Assembly: GCF_018336915.1 (NCBI RefSeq)
Contig: NZ_CP064923.1
Location: forward strand, 5,040,001-5,072,000
Direction of reading: 5' to 3'
From: Acaryochloris marina S15
GTDB taxonomy: Bacteria; Cyanobacteriota; Cyanobacteriia; Thermosynechococcales; Thermosynechococcaceae
DNA: 32,000 nt
Part shown: one piece after another, positions 6,575 to 14,750 of the stretch
Position numbering within the stretch: position 1 is the stretch's first letter
Layout of the letters: the number at the start of each line of letters is the position of its first letter
Made by a program: the position numbers and the translations under genes
The notes under the pieces: model-generated
The model's database searches: none
The model's input: only the letters and a program-made list of their open reading frames with translations
What the model was told of the DNA's origin: nothing

Positions 6575-8881
6575 ATGAGATCGTCTGTTCAAGACCATTT
6601 TGTGGAAAGCCTGTACTGGTTAGATAAACAAGAAACTGCTCACTCCCTGCGGGTGGGTGATTCTGCATTAGGACTAGCTGAACTCTACAAGGCCCAAATA
6701 CCAATTTTGCCCAGTGCAGTCATTGGTACAGTGTCTCTCCAGCAGTTTTGTCAATCGATTGCTTGGTCTTCCCCTTTCTTAGGTGATTTTCCCCATGTGA
6801 GTCTGCGCATACAAGCAGAACAACCTTTTCAGCTACAAGCAGTCGCAGAAGAAATCGCCCAAGGATTCGAGCAGACTGCCTTACCCGCGCTGTGGCTACA
6901 GACTGTTTCGGTAGAATTGCAGAGTCTATCCAACTGCTGGCGTCTATGCCCATCCTTGACCTTACCGAAACCTTGGGCTCAATTTACTCCTCTCTTGACG
7001 GAGATGTTGCCGGTTCAATACTGTTCAGTGACCAACCTTGGCAAAGCTATCAAACAAGCTTGGAACAGTGTTTTTACAGCTCAGACACTCCTGCTAATGC
7101 AGAAACAGGCGATTCCGATTGATCAGTTACGATTAGCTCTGTTATTACAGCCAGTCGATTCAGCCCAGGCATCCGGATTTTTAACCGCCACAGAAACCCA
7201 CATCCAGATTCAAGCAACTCATGGGCTCAGCAACAGCCTGATGACCGGCGAAATCTTACCTGACACCTATATCTATGACCGCCAGGTGAAGCAGTGGCAT
7301 CGCTATTCTGGACATATCACTAGTGCCTACCAGGCTCCTTTTGAAACGTCTTTAGGGGAGCAAGATTTAGGACAACAGATCCTGGAGCCAACTTCAGGAT
7401 CTTGGGTTCTGGATCAACCTCAGTTAGAAAAATTACTAGTTTTAGCTCAGGATCTGCCTCCTTTCAATCCTTTGTTACAGGCTGTGGAATGGATATTCCC
7501 TGGGAAAGAATCCGAGGCACTCAAAGTTGCAGGTTTATGGCCAGCCATGCCCTTGTCGACCTTAAATCACTCGCTTAAGTCGCAGGAAGACCAAGCCCCA
7601 TCTTCTATAATCGCAACAGGAGTAGCGGCAGCGGTAGGGCAAGCAACGGCTCCGATTCTCGTCTGTCAAGATCCTAGTCAACTTCAGCCTCAAAACGTGG
7701 CCAATCGGATTGTTGTGCTGACACAGGTCATGCCCTCTGATTGGGTTTGGTTGCAAAAGGTTGCTGGCTTAATTTGTACGACAGGCGGACATACCTCTCA
7801 TGGGGCAATTATGGCTCGTGAACTGGGGTTACCTGCTGTTGTCGGCGTCGCTGCTGCATTGGATACATTCCAGTCAGGGCAAATGGTGTTGCTAGACGGG
7901 AATCAAGGCAAGGTCTTTGCTGCACCCTCCTCTAGTTCGCCGGCAAGTTCAGCATTATCTACTCATGCCGAACCTGCGCCCGAGATCAAACTGCAGACCA
8001 CCCAATTGTGGGTGAACCTCAGTCAGTCCCAACGAGTAGAACGGGCGTTACAGCTACCCGTCCATGGCGTGGGCTTATTACGATCTGAATGGTTTCTGCT
8101 AGATATTTGCCAAGGACAATTACCTGGGATTTGGATACAACAACAGGGGGCTGACGCATTTGTCAGCCATTTAAGCCATCATTTACAGTCCTTTGTACAG
8201 GCCTGGCACCCTCGGCCTGTGTCGTATCGGTCCCTAGACTACAAACAGGATGCTGCTCATCCGTTACAACCGGCCCACTCAATTTTAGAATTGCGGGGGG
8301 GAGCACAATATATGTATGACTCCACCCTCTTCGATCTGGAATTGCAGGCTCTGGCACGTCTTTGCCACCGAGGATATCGCAATATACGCTTGATCTTGCC
8401 GTTTATCCGTTCTGTTGAAGAATTTATATTTTGTCGAAATCGGATTCAAGCCGCTCATCTATTGGAGCATCTGCAGGTTTGGATCATGGCGGAAGTGCCT
8501 TCAGTGCTGTTTCAACTGCCTGAATATGTCGCAGCAGGGGTGCAGGGCATTGCGATTGGCACTAATGATTTAACCCAGCTGCTCTTAGGCGTTAATCGAG
8601 AGAATACCTATTTGACGGAGCGATATGGGGCTGACCATCCCGCCGTCGTTACAGCCCTCTCCCAACTGGTCAAGACTGCCAAAGCGCTGGAAATCCCCTG
8701 TTCGATTTGTGGCCAAGCCCCCGTCCAACATCCGCAACTCATTCACCAGTTTGTTGAATGGGGAGTGACGGCAATTTCTGTGGATATGTCTGCAGTACCC
8801 GCAACTCAGATTGCGATCGCAAACGCCGAAGCACAACTCAAATCCAAATCTTCCCCATCTTCAGTTATCCAAAAAGGTTGA
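6575..8881 (+). CDS. PEP-utilising enzyme family protein (PpsA-like domain order, divergent N-terminal domain)
   Basis: The ORF is open from GTG 6539, and ATG 6575 is preferred. It has a mobile phosphohistidine domain (TTGGHTSHGAIMARELGLPAVVGV) and a C-terminal PEP/pyruvate TIM-barrel domain (GVGLLRSEWFLL; YRSLDYKQD; IMAEVPS; GIAIGTNDLTQLLLGVNREN; CSICGQAP). The N-terminal ~340 aa resemble the PPDK_N ATP-grasp only weakly. Confidence 0.85.
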   Translation: MRSSVQDHFVESLYWLDKQETAHSLRVGDSALGLAELYKAQIPILPSAVIGTVSLQQFCQSIAWSSPFLGDFPHVSLRIQAEQPFQLQAVAEEIAQGFEQTALPALWLQTVSVELQSLSNCWRLCPSLTLPKPWAQFTPLLTEMLPVQYCSVTNLGKAIKQAWNSVFTAQTLLLMQKQAIPIDQLRLALLLQPVDSAQASGFLTATETHIQIQATHGLSNSLMTGEILPDTYIYDRQVKQWHRYSGHITSAYQAPFETSLGEQDLGQQILEPTSGSWVLDQPQLEKLLVLAQDLPPFNPLLQAVEWIFPGKESEALKVAGLWPAMPLSTLNHSLKSQEDQAPSSIIATGVAAAVGQATAPILVCQDPSQLQPQNVANRIVVLTQVMPSDWVWLQKVAGLICTTGGHTSHGAIMARELGLPAVVGVAAALDTFQSGQMVLLDGNQGKVFAAPSSSSPASSALSTHAEPAPEIKLQTTQLWVNLSQSQRVERALQLPVHGVGLLRSEWFLLDICQGQLPGIWIQQQGADAFVSHLSHHLQSFVQAWHPRPVSYRSLDYKQDAAHPLQPAHSILELRGGAQYMYDSTLFDLELQALARLCHRGYRNIRLILPFIRSVEEFIFCRNRIQAAHLLEHLQVWIMAEVPSVLFQLPEYVAAGVQGIAIGTNDLTQLLLGVNRENTYLTERYGADHPAVVTALSQLVKTAKALEIPCSICGQAPVQHPQLIHQFVEWGVTAISVDMSAVPATQIAIANAEAQLKSKSSPSSVIQKG

Positions 8882-8945
8882 TGGACTGAGATAATGGCAA
8901 TGGGCGTCCCTAAATACGTCTTCGTTCATTTGTCTTTTCTAAGCC

Positions 8946-9272
8946 ATGCAAACTTACCACTACGCCCTTGCCAGTCAGCGCTATCTCTTTGAAGAAGAGC
9001 CCTTTGAAGAAGTTCTCAAAGAACGTCATCGTTACTACAAAGAAAAAAATAAAGAGATTGATTTTTGGGTGGTCATGCAGCCTGCATTTCTAGACCTGCC
9101 CGAAATGCAAGCCATCAAAGCCAAGTGTCCTCAGCCTTCTGTGGCGATTGTGTCTACCAATCCGACCTTTGTGACTTGGTTGAAGTTGCGGTTGGAATAT
9201 GTTTACATCGGCGAGTTTCAGGCCCCTTCAGAAAGCATCCCTGATCCCCTAGCATCTTTAGCTTCCGTATAG
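8946..9272 (+). CDS. ycf54: Ycf54 (Mg-protoporphyrin IX monomethyl ester cyclase-associated factor, DUF2488)
   Basis: 108-aa ORF: MQTYHYALASQRYLFEEEPFEEVLKERHRYYKEKNKEIDFWVV.QPAFL...VAIVSTN..F..WLKLRLEYV..GEF.APS..IPDPLASL. It closely matches my recollection of Synechocystis Ycf54. Confidence 0.85.
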   Translation: MQTYHYALASQRYLFEEEPFEEVLKERHRYYKEKNKEIDFWVVMQPAFLDLPEMQAIKAKCPQPSVAIVSTNPTFVTWLKLRLEYVYIGEFQAPSESIPDPLASLASV

Positions 9273-9312
9273 TTTTTGGGCTTAAGGCTGCTGATTCAGG
9301 TCAAGGGTGGCC

Positions 9313-10164
9313 CTATGCCGCCTCATAAATCCCCGTAAATACTTTTTCTGCTGGACCCGTCATCAAAACAGACTGCCCTTTGCCATCCCAGCGAATCTGC
9401 AAAGGCCCCCCTGGCAGTTCAATCGTCGCTTGAGATTGGCTCTTACCCGTGAGTACTCCCGCCACTAGAACGGCACAGGCTCCTGTTCCACAAGCTAGGG
9501 TTGGGCCTGCGCCCCGCTCCCACACCAACATTTTTAGATAGTCAGGGCGCATCACCTGTATGAATTCAGTATTAATGCGTTGGGGAAATGCAGGGTGATG
9601 CTCAAACTGAGGACCAAGGGTCTGGAAATCAATTGCCTCTAAGTCTCCAACAAAGGTGATGCAGTGGGGATTGCCCATACTGACGCAGGTCACTGACCAG
9701 GACTGTCCTCCCACCTCCAAGGGCTGATTCACGACCGGATCGGTGCCTTGTCCCAAAGTCGTCGGAATCTCTTGGGGCACCAGAAAGGGAGGTCCCATAT
9801 CCACCTTTACCAGGCCATCGGTCTGCAAGCTAGGGGTAATGGTGCCTGCCAAGGTATGAATTCGATAGGTTATTTCGGTTTGGGGGGGCTTGCCTTCTAA
9901 ATGGGCTAGGAAGCGGGCTAAACAGCGAATACCATTGCCACACATCTCCGGTTCGGAACCGTCGGAGTTATAGATGCGCATGGTGTAGTCCGTGTCCCCT
10001 TCTGGGGGTAAGGCAAAGATAACGCCATCCCCGCCGATACCAAAGTTGCGATCGCACATCCGCACCGCTTGTTCGGGAGTCAAACAGGGTTGAGCTTGGT
10101 GGCGATTATCGATCAGGATAAAATCATTTCCCAATCCTTGATATTTTGTAAACTCAACCCGCAT
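9313..10164 (-). CDS. dapF: Diaminopimelate epimerase
   Basis: 283-aa ORF with an N-terminal FTKYQGLGNDFILIDN and both catalytic Cys contexts (EPEMCGNGIRC; ERGAGPTLACGTGACA). Confidence 0.93.
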   Translation of the reverse strand: MRVEFTKYQGLGNDFILIDNRHQAQPCLTPEQAVRMCDRNFGIGGDGVIFALPPEGDTDYTMRIYNSDGSEPEMCGNGIRCLARFLAHLEGKPPQTEITYRIHTLAGTITPSLQTDGLVKVDMGPPFLVPQEIPTTLGQGTDPVVNQPLEVGGQSWSVTCVSMGNPHCITFVGDLEAIDFQTLGPQFEHHPAFPQRINTEFIQVMRPDYLKMLVWERGAGPTLACGTGACAVLVAGVLTGKSQSQATIELPGGPLQIRWDGKGQSVLMTGPAEKVFTGIYEAA

Positions 10165-10334
10165 CGATATTCCTTAGGCAAAAACAACGTCTTTCTATAC
10201 TACTCTGGCAATCAGAGAAGTCTATGCCAAGATTTTTATGGGTATCATGGCAGGATAAACCATCTCTATAATGGCTTCACGGATCACCTCCGAAACGCCT
10301 AATCTGTTCTTTTATCCCTCTCGCAGCGAAAATA

Positions 10335-10550
10335 ATGTCAACTGAACTTGATGTCAAACTGCCTAGTTTTCGGCAACTTCAGACTCTGATTCAAGAAGAA
10401 TCTGAAGTGGAGATCAAATTAATCACCAACGATTTACTCGTCGGCAAAGTGCGTTGGCAAGATAATTTCTGTATCTGCTTACTCGATCATTATGATCAGC
10501 CGACCATCGTCTGGAAGCAGGCTATCGTCTTTCTCAAACCCAAGCCTTAG
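10335..10550 (+). CDS. hfq: Cyanobacterial-type Hfq (Sm-like) protein
   Basis: 71-aa ORF. LPSFRQLQTLIQEESEVEIKLITNDLLVGKVRWQD...IVWKQAIVFLKP parallels Synechocystis Ssr3341 ([35 protein letters not shown]) as I recall it. Confidence 0.85.
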   Translation: MSTELDVKLPSFRQLQTLIQEESEVEIKLITNDLLVGKVRWQDNFCICLLDHYDQPTIVWKQAIVFLKPKP

Positions 10551-10657
10551 GCAATCTTCAGGTGTAAAATTGTGAGATTAAGACGGTAGCTCAGTATAGA
10601 ATCCACAATATTTAATGGCAAAATAGCCGATTGGTTTGCAGTAAAAGGAAACGAACC

Positions 10658-10993
10658 ATGACCCAGGGGGTTGACAGTCGAAGTTCCCAACCTTATCAGC
10701 CGATAGGGGCATATCTAGTGGAAGCGGGGCTAATCACAGATGCCCAAGTAGGGGTAGCCCTCGCGGATCAGAATGTCACGGCTATGCCATTTGGTGAGAT
10801 TGTCGTGGCTCGAGGTTGGGTCAAAGAGCAAACTGTTGAATTTATTATGCATCGGGTAGTACTCCCCGAGCGGAGCAGCCAAGCAGCATCCGACGGCATG
10901 CAAGATTGCTTAACCCATCGCCAGCGACCAGCACCTGGTCAAATCGATCCCCACTCAACAACACCCCAAGCAGGGGTGTCCTGGCTCGGCTAG
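10658..10993 (+). CDS. Small protein with a stand-alone T2SSE_N/MshEN-like domain and a disordered C-terminal tail
   Basis: ATG 10658 is preceded by AGGAA, and the ORF is also open from TTG 10631. Residues 15-38 (PIGAYLVEAGLITDAQVGVALADQ) and 44-67 (PFGEIVVARGWVKEQTVEFIMHRV) fit the 24-residue xLGxxLLxxGLIxxxxLxxxLxxQ pattern. They are separated by a 5-residue spacer (NVTAM). Confidence 0.6.
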   Translation: MTQGVDSRSSQPYQPIGAYLVEAGLITDAQVGVALADQNVTAMPFGEIVVARGWVKEQTVEFIMHRVVLPERSSQAASDGMQDCLTHRQRPAPGQIDPHSTTPQAGVSWLG

Positions 10994-11054
10994 CGGAACC
11001 TAGTTCATCGCCATCTAGACTATGTACTTGTAGACTGCATCCGTTTATCTCTGC

Positions 11055-11927
11055 ATGACTTATAAGAATCTTCGTAGGCTGAGCTTTCTCCTCTTCGCTA
11101 CAGTAGGAAGCACCCTATCTACCGCCTTATCTGCCCAAGCGTTAGACGTCACTATAACCCCTAAAAAGCCCAGATTGGGCGACACTCTGGCCATTACCGT
11201 CAAGCCGGATCCAGGCGAACAACTCACTCAAGCACCCGTCGTCAAAGTGGCGGGCAAAAAACTTCCCGTCTATCCCATCGCGACCAACCGCTGGCGGGCT
11301 TTTTTACCCACCATTCCCTTAGAAAAACATGGTCGTCGCAGCCTGGTCGTGACGGGGAATCAACAAGCACGCAACATGGTGCTGTGGATTGGTAAAAAAT
11401 GGTACCGGACCCAGAGCATTTGGTTACCCCCTGGTAAAGGTTCAGGCACAGACTTTGAATTCGATCGCGTGGATGCCTTTAAAGCCATTGTCTCTCCTAA
11501 AAAACTTTGGAGCGGAAAGTTCCTCCGTCCTAATAATGGCCCTCTCACTGCTGGGTATGGAATCAAACGAATTTACAATGGCGATTACTCCGATCCCGAT
11601 TATCATCGGGGCTTAGATTATGCAGGCTGGGGTGGATCTCCCGTCAAAGCTTCAGCTGCTGGCCAGGTGCGCCTCGTGGGTCGAGAATCTCAAGGGTTCC
11701 GGATTCATGGCAATGTCATTGGCATTGATCATGGCCAAGGGGTGAATACGGTATATCTACATTTACGGAATATTAAAGTCAAAGAAGGCCAAATGGTTCG
11801 TGCCGGCCAAATCATCGGCACGGTCGGTTCAACCGGTGCGTCGACGGGGCCTCACCTCCACTTTGGGTTAAATGTGAATGGCCAAGCGGTTGATCCAACC
11901 CCATGGCTGAAATGGGGTTTGCAATAA
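11055..11927 (+). CDS. Secreted M23 family (LytM-type) metallopeptidase
   Basis: 290-aa ORF with a signal peptide (LSFLLFATVGSTLSTALSAQA) and the M23 motifs HRGLDYAG, GIDHGQG and GPHLHFG. Confidence 0.9.
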   Translation: MTYKNLRRLSFLLFATVGSTLSTALSAQALDVTITPKKPRLGDTLAITVKPDPGEQLTQAPVVKVAGKKLPVYPIATNRWRAFLPTIPLEKHGRRSLVVTGNQQARNMVLWIGKKWYRTQSIWLPPGKGSGTDFEFDRVDAFKAIVSPKKLWSGKFLRPNNGPLTAGYGIKRIYNGDYSDPDYHRGLDYAGWGGSPVKASAAGQVRLVGRESQGFRIHGNVIGIDHGQGVNTVYLHLRNIKVKEGQMVRAGQIIGTVGSTGASTGPHLHFGLNVNGQAVDPTPWLKWGLQ

Positions 11928-11969
11928 CAGCGTCCGTTTTTCTCTCTGCGTTCTGATTCAGGGCCGTGA

Positions 11970-11990
11970 TCTGAGAGGATAGGTCTCAGA
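11970..11990 (+). terminator. Short hairpin between the M23 peptidase gene and dctQ
   Basis: TCTGAGA (11970-11976), loop GGATAGG, then TCTCAGA (11984-11990). It lies 43 nt after the M23 stop and 6 nt before GTG 11997. No U-tract follows, so it could be a terminator or a leader structure. Confidence 0.3.
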
Positions 11991-11996
11991 CGGATT

Positions 11997-12569
11997 GTGG
12001 AGGCCCCTAGAAGATTGCAAAAGCTGTTGCGACTGTCCCAGCTCATCGATCGCATCAACGAAGGCGTGGGCAAATTTGCCGTCCTCCTAATTCCGTTGAT
12101 GATTGCCATTGGGGTTTGGAATACCTTAGGGCGAAAAATAGGCAATTTGATCGGCCAAAATCTGAGTTCCAATTCTTTGATTGAGGGACAAGCCTATCTA
12201 TTCGCCCTCACATTTTTATTGGGGGCAGCCTATACCTTCAAACACAATGGCCATGTGCGAGTCGATGCATTTTATGATCGCTGGCCGCCCCAGCGACAGA
12301 CTTGGGTCAACTTCTTAGGGGCAATCCTGTTTGTCATCCCTTTTTGTAGTCTGATGATCTATTACGTCTGGTCCCCCATCATCAATTCTTGGGAGGTTTG
12401 GGAAGTCTCGCCGGATGCAGGGGGCTTACCCCGTTATCCCATTAAATCTGTGGTCTGCGTCTTCTTTGTACTGCTCTTACTACAAGGCATTTCAGAAGCC
12501 ATCAAAAATGGGATCAAACTGAGACGGTTCCGCCTCGGCCAAGACGGAGAAACCGACCATGGACTATAA
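11997..12569 (+). CDS. dctQ: TRAP transporter small permease subunit (DctQ family)
   Basis: 190-aa ORF with a GTG start and four hydrophobic segments. It has the DctQ-like N-terminus LSQLIDRINEGVGKFAVLLIPLMI and HVRVDAFY. It overlaps the dctM start by 11 nt. Confidence 0.8.
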   Translation: MEAPRRLQKLLRLSQLIDRINEGVGKFAVLLIPLMIAIGVWNTLGRKIGNLIGQNLSSNSLIEGQAYLFALTFLLGAAYTFKHNGHVRVDAFYDRWPPQRQTWVNFLGAILFVIPFCSLMIYYVWSPIINSWEVWEVSPDAGGLPRYPIKSVVCVFFVLLLLQGISEAIKNGIKLRRFRLGQDGETDHGL

Positions 12570-13923
12570 CTGGCTGAGCCTGGCCATGTTTGGGGTCGCC
12601 TTAGTCCTGCTGTCGGCAGGTTATCCGGTGGCCTTCACCTTGAGTGGCGTGGCTCTGTTATTCAGCATGTTACCCACAGCCATCAGTTGGGTCGATCCAG
12701 AAATTTTGGTAGATCCCAATCTGTTGGCTATGCCTCAGGAAATTTTCGCCACCATGCTGAGCAATACGCTCCTGGCGATTCCCTACTTTATTTTTATGGG
12801 GGCCATGCTGGAGAAATCAGGCTTAGCCGAGAAGCTGCTCGAAACCATCGGTATTCTCTTCGGTCCAATTCGCGGCGGACTGGCTTTAGCTGTGGTGTTT
12901 GTGGGGGCTTTGCTAGCCGCGACAACAGGCGTTGTAGCCGCCTCGGTCGTAGCCATGGGCCTAATCTCGCTGCCGATCATGCTCCGCTACAACTACAGTA
13001 AGGAGCTAACTGCCGGGGTAATTGTCGCCTCTGGAACCTTGGGGCAAATTATCCCCCCTAGCGTGGTGCTAGTGGTGTTAGGGGATCAACTCGGTGTGCC
13101 GGTGGGAGATTTATTCCTAGGGGCCTTGATTCCAGGTTTAATGATTGCCGGGATGTTTGCCCTGCATATTATTATTGTTGCCATCTTTAAACCCGAGGCT
13201 GCCCCCGCTTTGCCCCTCTCCGTCAGGGAAATCCAAGGGAAAGAGCTCGCGCTTCGAGTCATCAAAGTCTTAATTCCACCCCTAGCCCTGATTTTTTTGG
13301 TTTTGGGCAGTATCTTTTGGGGAATTGCAACGCCCACAGAAGCAGGAGCCTTGGGGGCATTAGGCGCCATTCTGCTAGCCTGGGCCAATGGTGAATTTTC
13401 CTTAAAGCGGCTGTTTGAAGTATCAGAGTCTACCCTTCGCATCACCAGTATGGTGATGCTAATTCTGATCGGCTCTCGGGCCTTTAGCCTAATCTTTATT
13501 GGTTTAGGCGGAAATATCCTGGTCTCTGATGCATTGCAAAACCTACCGGGCGGTGAACTTAGCTTCTTAATCGTCAGTATGCTGACGGTATTTTTGCTAG
13601 GTTTCTTTATCGACTTTTTTCAAATCGCCTTTATTGTGGTGCCCATTTTTCGGCCCATCGCCCAATCCTTGGACATGGACTTGCTGTGGTATGGCATTTT
13701 GCTTGGGGTCAACTTACAAACGTCGTTTTTAACCCCTCCCTTTGGCTTTGCCTTGTTCTACTTAAGGGGGGTCGCTCCACCCGAAATCAAAACGTCAGAC
13801 ATTTATCGCGGGGCCATCCCTTTTATCGTCCTGCAGCTGATTGTGTTGGTGCTTTTGGTACAGTTCCCGGAGCTTGTAACGTTTTTACCTTCCTTAAAGT
13901 CAGCACCAACGGGTGGCGTATAG
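12559..13923 (+). CDS. dctM: TRAP transporter large permease subunit (DctM family)
   Basis: 454-aa polytopic membrane ORF directly coupled to dctQ. DctM-like segments include IPYFIFMGAMLEKSGLAEKL, ASGTLGQIIPPS and FLTPPFGFALFYL. Confidence 0.88.
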   Translation: MDYNWLSLAMFGVALVLLSAGYPVAFTLSGVALLFSMLPTAISWVDPEILVDPNLLAMPQEIFATMLSNTLLAIPYFIFMGAMLEKSGLAEKLLETIGILFGPIRGGLALAVVFVGALLAATTGVVAASVVAMGLISLPIMLRYNYSKELTAGVIVASGTLGQIIPPSVVLVVLGDQLGVPVGDLFLGALIPGLMIAGMFALHIIIVAIFKPEAAPALPLSVREIQGKELALRVIKVLIPPLALIFLVLGSIFWGIATPTEAGALGALGAILLAWANGEFSLKRLFEVSESTLRITSMVMLILIGSRAFSLIFIGLGGNILVSDALQNLPGGELSFLIVSMLTVFLLGFFIDFFQIAFIVVPIFRPIAQSLDMDLLWYGILLGVNLQTSFLTPPFGFALFYLRGVAPPEIKTSDIYRGAIPFIVLQLIVLVLLVQFPELVTFLPSLKSAPTGGV

Positions 13924-14158
13924 CTATATTTTTTGCAGGGAAATAAAATTTTAGACCCAGTGATGGCCCATTGCAGATAATTGGGAATACTAAGGGGTAA
14001 TCGGCAAATCGGTTAAAGTACGTTGCGTATTTATGACCTCAAGCTGCGATAACTTCTAGGACACTCCTGAGTCGATCTGTGAAACAGAATACATATTTTG
14101 TAATAAATAGAGCTATGATGGCCCTGACTGTTATTTCTCCACTAGGAGTTTAACCGGT

Positions 14159-14737
14159 ATGTCCCATCGCGATCCTGTTATGAGTGTTCCCGCTACAGCG
14201 GTTGATCCAACTCACGCTCTCCTCTCTCCTCAGCAAATGGTTGATCTATTGCAAGGTAAAATCCTCTTGGATGTCCGGTCCCACACCCATTGGGGAGGTG
14301 CAGTAACAGCGACCATGTACTTACCTCGGGTGCGATCGCATATTTGGTCTCAGCTCACAACCTACAGTCGCTGGGTGCGATTCTTTCCTGATATTGTCAA
14401 AAGCGAAGTGCTGGAGCATGCCTCCCAAACGGCAGGACAAACCCATCGTCTTTATCAGGCTGCCCGAAAAACTTTTTTCTTACTGTCCGTCGATGTAGAA
14501 ATCTTCCTGAAAGTCTCAGAAAGATTTCAGGAAAATATCAAATTTTCCTTAGAGCGGGGCAGCTTTAGTGACTTTTCCGCTGACCTGACGCTGCAGGACT
14601 GTGGTGAGGGCACAATCCTCACCTATTCTGTTGCAGCTACACCACTGATTCCCATGCCGTCTATCTTCATTCAAGAGGCCATTCGCGCAGATCTGCCTGG
14701 GAATATGAAGCATATGCGTCAAGCACTCTGTAGCTAA
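14159..14737 (+). CDS. SRPBCC superfamily (cyclase/dehydrase-like) protein
   Basis: The 192-aa ORF's length and pattern (YSRWVRFFPDIVKSEVLE...; C-terminal amphipathic helix IQEAIRADLPGNMKHMRQ) resemble cyanobacterial polyketide cyclase/dehydrase-like proteins. The family call rests on a weak by-eye match. Confidence 0.5.
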   Translation: MSHRDPVMSVPATAVDPTHALLSPQQMVDLLQGKILLDVRSHTHWGGAVTATMYLPRVRSHIWSQLTTYSRWVRFFPDIVKSEVLEHASQTAGQTHRLYQAARKTFFLLSVDVEIFLKVSERFQENIKFSLERGSFSDFSADLTLQDCGEGTILTYSVAATPLIPMPSIFIQEAIRADLPGNMKHMRQALCS

Positions 14738-14750
14738 ACACTGAGCCAAA

